From Octopus sinensis (Eukaryota), in the NCBI RefSeq assembly GCF_006345805.1, contig NW_021834083.1:1-27984 (forward strand): a stretch of 27,984 nucleotides of DNA, in the 5' to 3' direction. The first letter of the stretch is position 1. The number at the start of each line of letters is the position of its first letter. This document shows positions 12,931 to 24,439 of the stretch, piece after piece. Under the pieces are notes generated by a model that was given only the letters and a program-made list of their open reading frames with translations, was not told the origin of the DNA and did no database searches. Both the position numbers and the translations under genes were made by a program.

Positions 12931-13612
12931 TACTCTTTACTCTTTACTCTTTTACTTGTTACAGTCATTTGAGTGCGGCCATGCTGGAGCACCGCCTTTA
13001 GTCGAGCAAATCGACCCCGGGACTTATTCTTTGTAAGCCCAGTACTTATTCTATCGGCCTCTTTTGCCGAACCGCTAAGTGACGGGGACCTAAACACACC
13101 AGCATCGGTTGTCAAACAATGCTAGGGAGACAAACACAGACACACAAACACACACACACATATATATATATAAAATATTACATTATATAATTAGGGCTTA
13201 GTAAAATAAATTACTTTGCCACATACTGAACTTAGTAGAAATAGCAGCCAAAAAAATTTTCTTAGCATTTCTACTACTTAAAGAAAATTTCTCTCAGATA
13301 ATGTTTACTCTAGACAGCTCACGAAGGTTTGGGGGTAAATACAGAAAAATAAATGGTCCTTTTACATACTGAACACTTGGTGAAATTGATTAATTAATTA
13401 ATTTTACCCTCAATTGTTGCTATATATATATATATATATACATATATACGACAGGCTTCTTTCAGTTTCCGTCTACCAAATCCACTCACAAGGCATTGGT
13501 CGGCCCGGGGCTATAGCAGAAGACACTTGCCCAAGATGCCACGCAGTGGGACTGAACCCGCAACCATGTGGTTGGTTAGCAAGCTACTTACCACACAGCC
13601 ACTCCTGCGCCT
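12931..13612 (-). mobile_element. SINE A, full length, interrupted by an insert of about 245 bp
   Basis: 3' half at 12931-13170, 5' half at about 13440-13612. Confidence 0.88.
13175..13420. repeat. Unclassified AT-rich insert nested in the SINE's internal TA tract
   Basis: Absent from the other SINE A copies; acatactgaac occurs twice inside it. Confidence 0.6.
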
Positions 13613-13814
13613 ATATATATATATATATACACAGAGAGACATGCATTTTAAATTTACGTATCTGTCTACAATCATTTATGCATTCATATACATACGTATA
13701 TGTACGCACGTAACTTATATGCACATATACATTCGCACAAAACACACACACAGACAGGAATATATACCCGCATCTACACACACTCCGAAACAAACAAATA
13801 TAATTTTTTTTCTC

Positions 13815-14001
13815 CTTTTTAACGTTTGTTTCATTCATAAGATTGCGACCATGCTGCAGCACCGGCCAGAACAATATGTTACTCAAATGAATCGATCCCA
13901 GAACTTAATTTTGTTTAAGCCTGGGAACTTATTGTATCGGATATTTTTTCCGAGCGGCTAAGTTACGGGTACGCGAGCATACAGACACCTGTTGTCGAAC
14001 G
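13815..14001 (-). mobile_element. Diverged SINE A-related 3' half
   Basis: tgcgaccatgctgcagcacc ... gcggctaagttacggg ... gttgtc align with the SINE A 3' half. Confidence 0.7.
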
Positions 14002-14004
14002 GGT

Positions 14005-14064
<60 letters not shown>

Positions 14065-14068
14065 ACAC

Positions 14069-14118
<50 letters not shown>

Positions 14119-14121
<3 letters not shown>

Positions 14122-14519
14122 CGCAGGAGTGGCTGTGTGGTAAGTAGCTTGCTTACCAACCACATGGTTCCGGGTTCAGTCCCACTGCGTGGCATCTTGG
14201 GCAAGTGTCTCTTTGGTTGGCCTCTGGCCAACCAAAGCCTTGTGAGTTGATTTGGTAGACGGAAACTTAAAGAAGCCCGTCGTATATATGTATGTAAATA
14301 TATATGTTTGTGTGTCTGTGTTTGTCCCCCTAGCATTGCTTGACAACCGATGCTGGTGTGTTTACGTCCCCGTCACTTAGCGGTTCGGCAAAAGAGACCG
14401 ATATAATAAGTACTGGGCTTACAAAGAATAAGACCCCGGGGTCGATTTGTTCGACTAAAGGCGGTGCTCCAGCATGGCCGCAGTCAAATGACTGAAACAA
14501 GTAAAAGAGTAAAAGAGTA
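14119..14519 (+). mobile_element. SINE A, full length
   Basis: Complete match, including the GTAAAAGA tail. Confidence 0.9.
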
Positions 14520-14685
14520 TATACACACACGCGCACACACAACACACACACACAATCAGAATAAGAGAGACAGAAGGTGAGAGAGAAGCATAGTAATACA
14601 TACATACATGTACATACACACATACATGGAAACATAGGTTATGTTGTGTGTGTGTACACGATTTTTCATACACAGACATATGTAC

Positions 14686-14767
14686 TTATATAATTAGCAC
14701 AGAAGGCTACAAATGAATTTCTCCGGATAATATGTTAACGTCGCCAATAAACCAGAATTTTCATAAT
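14686..14767 (-). CDS. Candidate exon 4 of a membrane-protein gene (needs a 1-nt correction)
   Basis: ttatctgtag| acceptor, weak |gtacat donor; YENSGLLATLTYYPEKFI then, after correction, VAFCANYI. Confidence 0.35.
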
Positions 14768-14934
14768 CTACAGATAACGCACAAATACATCATATGCTAC
14801 TACAAATGTGTACAACACACACACACACACACACGCACAACCGTATATACAGCATAGACATATTAGTACACAAGCCCATATATATAGCTGTGTCTATGTG
14901 TGAATATATATATATATATATTTAAAATTATGTC

Positions 14935-15290
14935 TATATATATATGCGTAAATACATACTTTTCTAAATATATATATATAGGCATATATATACATATATA
15001 TATATATATGCGTAAATACATACTTTTCTAAATATATATATAGGCATATATATACATATATATATATATATGCGTAAATACATACTTTTCTAAATATATA
15101 TATAGGCATATATATACATATATATATATATGCGTAAATACATACTTTTCTGAATATATATATAGGCATATATATATATATATATGCGTAAATACATACT
15201 TTTCTAAATATATATATAGGCATATATATATATATATATTATATATATGCGTAAATACATACTTTTCTTAAATATATATATAGGCATACA
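14935..15290. repeat. About 60-bp minisatellite (atgcgtaaatacatacttttctaaatatata..ggcat), 6 copies
   Basis: Read directly from the sequence. Confidence 0.9.
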
Positions 15291-15324
<34 letters not shown>

Positions 15325-15616
15325 CATATTACATATATATATATATATATGGCATATATCTATATATATATATATATAGGCAGATAGATATACTTCAATA
15401 AATACATATATATATATACAGTTATATGTAATAATGTACGTGTGTGTATACATTTGTATATGAAGATATTTATTAAATATTATATAAATTGTTTACGTAT
15501 CTCTACGTATATATGTCACACTACCTGTCTATACATATACCCGTGTATATAGAAATGCATGTTCATACGTACATATCTTATAAACACACTCTTATAAACA
15601 TATCTTATAAACACAC

Positions 15617-15619
<3 letters not shown>

Positions 15620-15665
<46 letters not shown>

Positions 15666-17010
15666 TACATAATGCATATATAATATATATATATATAACA
15701 TATAAATATATACCATATATATAACATATATATAATATATACATATACACACCATATATATAACATATATATAATATATACACATATACACCATATATAA
15801 CATATATATAATATATACACATATACATATATATATATACAATACATATATAATATATACATATACACACAATATATAATATATACATATACACACCATA
15901 TATATAACATATATATAATATATACACATATACAATATATATATATACAATACATATATAAATATACATACATATATAAATATACATACATATATACAAT
16001 ACATACACATTTACAATATATATATAAATATACATAATATATATATACACATTTACAATATATATATATATATATACAATATATATATATATTATATATA
16101 TATACACACACACAATATATATATATATATTGTGTGTAATATATATATATTATATACACAATGTATATATATACATATATATACACAATATATATATATA
16201 TTTATATATATATACACAATATATATATATATTTATATATATATATACACAATATATATATACAATATATATATATACATAATATATATAAACATATACA
16301 TAATATATATATACATAATAAATATAAACATATACACAATATATATATACATAATAAATATAAACATATACATAATATATATATACATAATATATATAAA
16401 CATATACATAATATATATATACATAATATATATAAACATATACATAATATATATATACATAATATATATAAACATATACATAATAATATAAACATATACA
16501 CAATATATATATACATAATAAATATAAACATATACATAATATATATATACATAATATATATAAACTATACATAATATATATATACATAATATATAAACAT
16601 ATACATAATATATATATACATAATATATATAAACATATACATAATATATATATACATAATATATATAAACATATACACAATATATATATACATAATATAT
16701 ATAAACATATACACAATATATATATACATAATATATATAAACATATACATAATATATATATACATAATATATATAAACATGTACATAATATATATATAAA
16801 TATATACAATATATATATACATCTACACAATATGTATATACATACATATACACTATATATCCATTCTTAAATAATATATGATATATATAGATATATATAT
16901 ATGTATCATATATATATCATATGTTATATGTAGCATATTATATATATCATATATGTATTATATATAACATATATATTATATTATATATATAAATAGTATA
17001 TATATATACG
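15620..17010. repeat. TA-derived minisatellites, including a unit of about 36 bp at 16280-16800
   Basis: Read directly from the sequence. Confidence 0.88.
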
Positions 17011-17111
17011 TAGAGTCAAATTCTTGTGTGTGTGTGTATATATCATTCATACATATGCACACATGTCTATAGAAAATTCGTAATACCTGTTATATACACC
17101 AACGTATATAC

Positions 17112-17207
17112 CCATCTTAATTAAAGAATAGAATTAGCTAAAGAACCCGCAGGATGTATGACAAGACAATCCAAGGCCAGTTTTAAGGAATGGTGGTCAC
17201 CAGTAGC
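17112..17207 (-). pseudogene. Candidate exon 3, degenerate (stops/indels, no canonical AG)
   Basis: [21 protein letters not shown]..., ending in atgg|gtatat donor. Confidence 0.3.
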
Positions 17208-17467
17208 CGTGTATATGTGTATATATACATACATATATATATATATTGTGTGTGTGTGTGTGTGTATACATAGATGTGTGTATACATAGATGTGTGTATA
17301 TATATATATATACATATATAAATGCATATATAATATACACACACAGATATATATACATATATATATATATGCATATGTATATACACATATATATGCACAT
17401 ATATACATACATAATATACATATAGACATTTAGACACATAAACATATATATTTGTATACATATGCAG

Positions 17468-17500
<33 letters not shown>

Positions 17501-17589
17501 TATATATATATATACATGTATAAATATATATACACACACATTTATACACGCATAAATTCAGATATACCTATTTATATATACGCAGACAC

Positions 17590-17663
<74 letters not shown>

Positions 17664-17699
17664 TGATAGATAGATGTATGGTCCTGGTGCACATATAAC

Positions 17700-17900
17700 A
17701 TTTTGCGTATATAAAGTAAACAACGACAACAATAATAACAAGGCGGATAAGTCCACCATGGCATCCAGTCTGAAAGGAACAAATTATAGAAAGAAATGAA
17801 AATTCCTATTTGAAAGTATAAAATACCATGTGGGCCCTAAAAGAAAGCTTTTAGGGATTGATCCTGGACATAATAAGCCAAGCTACCTTTAAACTACACC
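17700..17900 (-). pseudogene. Candidate exons 1-2 (17827-17900 and about 17700-17769) separated by a 57-nt GT-AG intron; frameshifted
   Basis: Intron gtattt...tttgttcctttcag with a strong pyrimidine tract; pieces AYYVQDQSLKAF, GPH|DWMPWWTYP, LVIIVVVVYFIYAK. Confidence 0.35.
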
Positions 17901-18000
17901 CTAGTTGAGAATTAGTTGATGTATGTATGTATGTATGTATGTATAAGAATTGTGTGTGTGTGTATATATATATATACATATATATATATATAATATATAC

Positions 18001-18032
<32 letters not shown>

Positions 18033-18108
18033 ATACATATATACATACATACATACATACATATATATATGTATGTGTGTGTACATATATGCATGGCTAT
18101 GTGTGTGC

Positions 18109-18147
<39 letters not shown>

Positions 18148-18214
18148 GCAAATGTACACACACAGTAGGTATATATTATTTGCAGGCGTAGATATTGACA
18201 GACGGACTGACAAG

Positions 18215-18261
<47 letters not shown>

Positions 18262-18324
18262 ACAGTAAAGTGTAGGGACAGATAGTAACACTCGTGTGAG
18301 TATACGAAATATATCTTAGTTAAA

Positions 18325-19660
18325 ATTTTATAGGTAGATTTTACCAAGACTTCTAGAAGAGTAGGCCTTCGGGTATATGGCCACCACTCACTAAGGGAGC
18401 GGAGCAAAGTGTTATGATGTGTAGAACTGACAGAAGTTTTGTGAAGTATGCTGGACTTGCTTAGAAATAGCTGTGATATTTTCTTCAAATACGGCGAACC
18501 TAAAACTTGTTGTATGTGTGCACGTATTAAACACACAGACTTATATACACACTACATGTTACTATATACCGTGGTGAAATATTTGCAAAAAGATCGGCTA
18601 GAAATGGTAGCTAACCTTCCTCATATACGGTAAATTTATAACAAGGAGTGAACAGAAAAATATCTTAAAGTGAATATATATATATTACATGTACATAGAG
18701 TTAAGGGCACAGAATAGATTTTAAGGGGAAGGTTTTTTTTTTTGAAAGTAGAAAGAAAATCGTTTGAAGATACGTTCATTTTTATCTAATACATGGCCAT
18801 CACTTAAGAAAGGCCTCCGTATTCAGTTCATGCCCCATGCCCAACACTTACGACAGGAGTGGAGCAAAGTCTTCTGAAGTGTGTGGAACTGGAAGAAGTT
18901 TAGTTGAAGTACGCAGGACCCGCTTAGAAATAGCAGCGATTCCTTTTTCAAATACGGTAAACTTAAGACGTGTGTATATGCGTCTGTACACACACACATA
19001 TATATGCATATACATACATATACACACTCACACTACATGTTCCACGCACTACGAAGAAATCTTTGTAAAGAAGACAGGCTAAAAATGGTAGCTAACCTTC
19101 CTCAAATACGGTTAATTTAACAAGGGTGAGCTGAAAGTAATCTTAAAGCGAAATATATATAACATTCCGCCGAGGTCGACTTTGCCTTTCATTCTTTCGG
19201 GGTCGATAAATTAAGTACCAGTTACGCACTGGGGTCGATGTAATCGACTAAATACCTATGTCTGTCCTTGTTTGTCCTCTCTGTGTTTAGCCCCTTGTGG
19301 GTAATAAAGAAATAGGTATTTCGTCTGCGTTACGTTGTGAGTTCAAATTTCGCCGAGGTCGACTTTGCCTTTCATCCTTTCGGGGGTCGATAAATTAAGT
19401 ACCAGTTACGCACTGGGGTCGATGTAATCGACTAAATACCTATGTCTGTCCTTGTTTGTCCCCTCTGTGTTTAGCCCCTTGTGGGTAGTAAAGAAATAGA
19501 AATATATATAACATAAACAATGTCCGAGATAAAAGGCTTTTAAAAAGATGTTGGGAAAAGATTTAAAGGGGTACGTTTTAGCAAAAAGATAGAAGACGTT
19601 GTAAAGAAACAATTATTAGTTATCCCATATATGGCCATCACTTAAGAAACGGAACTGAAC
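18325..19660. repeat. Old diverged tandem duplication (about 460-480-bp units), interrupted by a SINE B dimer
   Basis: 18376-18680 aligns with 18835-19160 (cttagaaatagc, aaatggtagctaaccttcctca); atggccatcacttaagaaa occurs near 18793 and 19631. Confidence 0.75.
19166..19498 (+). mobile_element. SINE family B, head-to-tail dimer with a 16-bp TSD
   Basis: Two near-identical units (gccgaggtcgactttgcctttca...tgtgtttagccccttgtgggta.taaagaaata); GAAATATATATAACAT at 19150-19165 and 19499-19514; the central part resembles the Deu/Nin-type SINE domain (from memory). Confidence 0.85.
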
Positions 19661-21101
19661 CAAGTTAACAAGGCAAAGAAAGATCGCAAACATTAGGAGC
19701 AAAACAAAACAGTTAATATCAATGACACGAGAAAAAAATCTTACATTTTTAAGGGTAGATTTTAAGAAGACCTTGTGTTAAAACAAGCCTTCCCTATCCA
19801 ATCCATGGTGGCCAACACTCAAGAAAGGAGCGGAACGAAGTCTTGTGAAGGGTGTTACATACGACAAACCAAGTTAACAAGGCAAAAAGATCGCAAACAT
19901 TAGGGGTAAAAACAAATAGTTAATAACAATGACAGGAGAAAAAGAATCTTACATTTTTAAGGGTAGATTTTTAAGAAGACCTTGTGTTAAAACAAGACTT
20001 CCCTATCCAATCCATGGTGGCCAACACTCAAGAAAGGAGCGGAACGAAGTCTTGTGAAGAGTGTTACATACGACAAACCAAGTTAACAAGGCAAGAAGAT
20101 CGCAAACATTAGGGGTAAAAACAAATAGTTAATAACAATGACAAGAGAAAAAGAATCTTACATTTTTAAGGGTAGATTTTTAAGAAGACCTTGTGTTAAA
20201 ACAAGTCTTCCCTATCCAATCCATGGTGGCCAACCCTCAAGAAAGGAGCGGAACGAAGTCTTGTGAAGAGTGTTACATACGACAAACCAAGTTAACAAGG
20301 CAAGAAGATCGCAAACATTAGGGGTAAAAACAAATAGTTAATAACAATGACAAGAGAAAAAGAATCTTACATTTTTAAGGGTAGATTTTTAAGAAGACCT
20401 TGTGTTAAAACAAGTCTTCCCTATCCAATCCATGGTGGCCAACCCTCAAGAAAGGAGCGGAACGAAGTCTTGTGAAGAGTGTTACATACGACAAACCAAG
20501 TTAACAAGGCAAGAAGATCGCAAACATTAGGGGTAAAAACAAATAGTTAATAACAATGACAAGAGAAAAAGAATCTTACATTTTTAAGGGTAGATTTTTA
20601 AGAAGACCTTGTGTTAAAACAAGTCTTCCCTATCCAATCCATGGTGGCCAACCCTCAAGAAAGGAGCGGAACGAAGTCTTGTGAAGAGTGTTACATACGA
20701 CAAACCAAGTTAACAAGGCAAGAAGATCGCAAACATTAGGGGTAAAAACAAATAGTTAATAACAATGACAAGAGAAAAAGAATCTTACATTTTTAAGGGT
20801 AGATTTTTAAGAAGACCTTGTGTTAAAACAAGTCTTCCCTATCCAATCCATGGTGGCCAACCCTCAAGAAAGGAGCGGAACGAAGTCTTGTGAAGAGTGT
20901 TACATACGACAAACCAAGTTAACAAGGCAAAAAATGTTCGCAAACATTAGGAGCAAAAAAAACAGTTAATATTAATGACAGGAGAAAAAATCTTACATAC
21001 ATTTTTAAGGGTAGATTTTAAGAAGACCTTGTGTAAAAACAAGCCGTCCCTATCCAATCCATGGTGGCCAACACTCAAGAAAGTAGCAGAACGAAGTCTT
21101 G
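19660..21101. repeat. 209-bp tandem satellite, about 6.9 copies
   Basis: cgacaaaccaag recurs at 19862, 20071, 20280, 20489, 20698 and 20907. Confidence 0.96.
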
Positions 21102-21274
21102 TTGTTGTGTATGTATAATACCAATGTCTCACTCGCACTCTTTCTATAAAACTACACACACTACTACGATGTGAAGTGAGTGTGTGTGTGTGTGTCCTAG
21201 CGCACTTGCTCTGCTGTGTCTGCCTCACTCACACTCAAACGTTCGCTCTATTCTTTCCCTCTCTCATCCAGTTC

Positions 21275-22235
21275 ACCCGCTCTTTTCCTCCCCCTCTCCT
21301 TGTCTCTATATCTCTCTCTCTTTCCCTATTCTCTTACTATATCTCCCTCGCTTCTCCTCTCCCCTTTACTCCCGTTCTTTTCCTCCCCCTCTCCTTGTCT
21401 CTATATATCTCTCTCTTTCCCTATTCTCTTACTATATCTCCCTCGCTTCTCCTCTACCCTTTACACCCGTTCTTTTCCTCCCCCTCTCCTTTTCTCTATA
21501 TATCTCTCTCTTTCCCTATTCTCTTACTATATCACCCTCGATTCTCCTCTCCCCTTCACTCCCGTTCTTTTCCTCCCCCTCTCCCTTTCTCTATATATCT
21601 CTCTCTTTCCCTATTCTCTTACTATATCTCCCTCGCTTCTCCTCTCCCCTTCACTCCCGTTCTTTTCCTCCCCCTCTCCTTTTCTCTATATCTCTCTCTC
21701 TCTTTCCCTATTCTCTTACTATATCTCCCTCGCTTCTCCTCTCCCCTTCACTCCCGTTCTTTTCCTCCCCCTCTCCTTTTCTCTATATATCTCTCTCTTT
21801 CCCTATTCTCTTACTATATCTCCCTCGCTTCTCCTCTCCCCTTCACTCCCGTTCTTTTCCTCCCCCTCTCCTTGTCTCTATATCTCTCTCTCTTTCCCTA
21901 TTCTCTTACTATATCTCCCTCGCTTCTCCTCTCCCCTTCACTCCCGTTCTTTTCCTCCCCTTCTCCATGTCTCTATATATCTCTCTTCCCTATTCTCTTA
22001 CTATATCTCCCTCGCTTCTCCTCTCCCCTTCACTCCCGTTCTTTTCCTCCCCCTCTCCTTTTCTCTATATATCTCTCTCTTTCCCTACTCTCTTACTATA
22101 TCTCCCTCGCTTCTCCTCTCCCCTTCACTCCCGTACTTTTCCTCCCCCTCTCCTTTTCTCTATATATCTCTCTCCTTCCCTATTCTCTTACTATATCTCC
22201 CTCGCTTCTCCTCTCCCTTTCACTCCCGTTCTTCT
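21275..22235. repeat. About 95-bp pyrimidine-rich minisatellite, about 10 copies
   Basis: cccta(t/c)tctcttactatatc recurs about every 95 bp from 21324 to 22178. Confidence 0.95.
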
Positions 22236-22415
22236 TTTACCCTCACCCGCATTCACTCACTCCTCCTTTCTCTTACATGCATCCTCCCTTTCGCCGAATC
22301 CCTCCCTCGTTTCTTCTTACATACATCTCCCCCTTTCCTTAATAACTCCCTCATTTCTTTACCCCCTATTCTACTTCATTTCTCCCCCTTTTTTTCTTTC
22401 CATCAACCAACATCC

Positions 22416-22448
<33 letters not shown>

Positions 22449-22454
22449 TTTACT

Positions 22455-22585
22455 TACTCTTTTACTCTTTTACTCTTTTACTTGTTTCAGCCATTCGACT
22501 GCGGCCATGCTGGAGCACCGCCTTTAGTCGAGCAAATCGACCCCGGGACTTATTCTTTGTAAGCCCAGTACTTATTCTATCGGTC
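22455..22585 (-). mobile_element. SINE A, 5'-truncated 3' end
   Basis: Near-identical to the 3' 130 bp of the full copies. Confidence 0.88.
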
Positions 22586-22729
22586 CCTGCTCATATCTTT
22601 CCCACAAATGTTGGTTTATGAAGGTTCACAAGGCACATCAATGGCCTTAATCATTAACCTCATTCATCCAGATGGTCTGTGAAGGACATAGGTAATGTCA
22701 AAAAAGATCAAACCAAAACTAGGCTGAAA

Positions 22730-22815
22730 GATTCTTGCTCAAGGTGTGATGGAGTTGGATTGAACTCAATACTAACATGTCAGGATTATGATGTGAACTT
22801 ATTAATCACCTGGTC
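22730..22815 (-). mobile_element. Degenerate tRNA-like SINE head
   Basis: Minus strand shows gagttcaatcc (B-box-like) followed by ccttgagcaag. Confidence 0.4.
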
Positions 22816-23159
22816 GTGTACCCCTCCCACAGACCTGTCAGAGATGTAGATGCAAAACTGTGCGCGTGGTGGGCAAGTAATATAATTGGTAGGTTTGGAT
22901 CCAGCTGAGGTAGAAATAATAAACCCCATGGAACTGAAGCTGGCAGAATGAACCAGAATCAAAATTATTTCCTAAATGATACGGAAGGAAAAAAGGGCAC
23001 AGAATTGAGGGGTGGGATGTGAAAGACAGAAATTGTGAGGAAATTTTCCAATGTATGAAACATAAAAAGATTAGAAACAAAATGAAGGAAACCTGCCCAC
23101 CTCACTTTTCTTTTTCCATGAGGTACGGAACTTTGAAGGACAGTTGTTCCAAAAATTAT

Positions 23160-23290
23160 GTCCAGAATGGAGTGCCAGACTAAATGCTTTGTTCTATTTA
23201 GTTCTGTTCCTCTGCATTCTGAGTTCAAATCTCACACAAGTCAGCTTTAACTTTAATCCAACAGGTATCAATAAAATAAATTATACTAGA
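23160..23290 (+). mobile_element. Old SINE B-related copy
   Basis: ttctgagttcaaat...gtcagctttaactttaatcc...tcaataaaataa aligns with the SINE B core. Confidence 0.55.
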
Positions 23291-23354
23291 ATAGCTTGCC
23301 AATAACATCACATTTCTCCTTTCTTTTGATTATCTTTATTCTTGTATTGGAAAA

Positions 23355-24360
23355 GGGGATTATCACATTGACTCCTCTTCCTTTTGTTTTTGTACAGGTG
23401 CATTATACATGCATCTTTGAACTGCTGGGGAACAGATCCAGTTTCCCAGATCAAATAGATCAATTTGCACAGTTTATTTACAATTTGTCTGCTACCATGC
23501 TTGCACGCCTCTATGGGAATATCGTCTTGTCCAAGATCTTTACCATTGGAAAGTTTTTCAAAAACAGTACTTGTCTCTTGCAAGGAAGGATGTTCCACTA
23601 GTTCTTCAGCATTGCGAGTGGATTCTTGATTTGATACAGATTTAAAGTGTTCAGGTAATCTTTTTAGAATTTCATCTTTCCTACTTATGAGTTGTGTTAC
23701 ATCGTTAGAGAGAATAGATTCTGTACTACCTTTTTTTGGACCAAACACATTTTTCAGAATGTTATACAGTGTTCTCAAGTTGTGAGAGTTAGCAGCCTGT
23801 TCCATTCTTGGGCTTGTTTCGTCCACCAAACTTTTCATCTCATGCAGTTTTCTGCATAGATTTTCTCTAGAGATGTATAGGAATCTGGATGTTGGCAAAT
23901 TTTTGTCTGAGATCCATGTCTTTTGTCTCTTGTGCAAAGTTTCTAGGAGAGGTTTAATTTGAGAATCATTCTTGTTGGTGTTTGTGCTTCACAAATCCTA
24001 GAACTACTTCAGCAGATGATTTGATGCTGTCACGTATATTGTGCCACCACATTTTTAGGCATTCCTCTATTTCTGCAAGCTTTGAATTTAAATGTATTTC
24101 AAAATTTTTTATCATTTCTAGATTTTTTAAAGAAGCAATGTTTATTCTCGGATGTAAACTGGATTTTGGTGGCCTCTTTCCATATGGATTAACAAATACC
24201 TTGCTGTGAATCATTCTGTGATCCAAGTAACACTTGGATGTTATGTGAGTTCTGGTGAACCCGAAATCACTGCAATCATTGTTCTTAGTTATAACATAGT
24301 CCACATATATCAGTGACCAGATCAGGGATGCTTCCAGGTGCTTTTGTATTTATTTGCCTA
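23355..24360 (-). mobile_element. Decayed RTE-clade LINE fragment (end of APE to start of RT)
   Basis: STWKHP..DYVI..LDHRMI; PSLQE..GKDLGQDDIPIE..IWETGSVPQQFKDACIMHLYKNK..CDN; stops and frameshifts. Confidence 0.85.
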
Positions 24361-24439
24361 CATAAACACTGCATCTGGTGCTGTTCCAGTCCCATTCATC
24401 TAGAGGTCATGTGTCTGTAGGTGAAGCCTCACTGAACAG

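Noticed and set aside
19660-21101. CRISPR-like array
   Set aside because: Whole 209-bp units repeat with no unique spacers, no cas genes, and the context is eukaryotic.
21176-22562. Three 388-448 aa ORFs in all + frames
   Set aside because: Stop-free CT minisatellite that is open in every frame; no coding signal.
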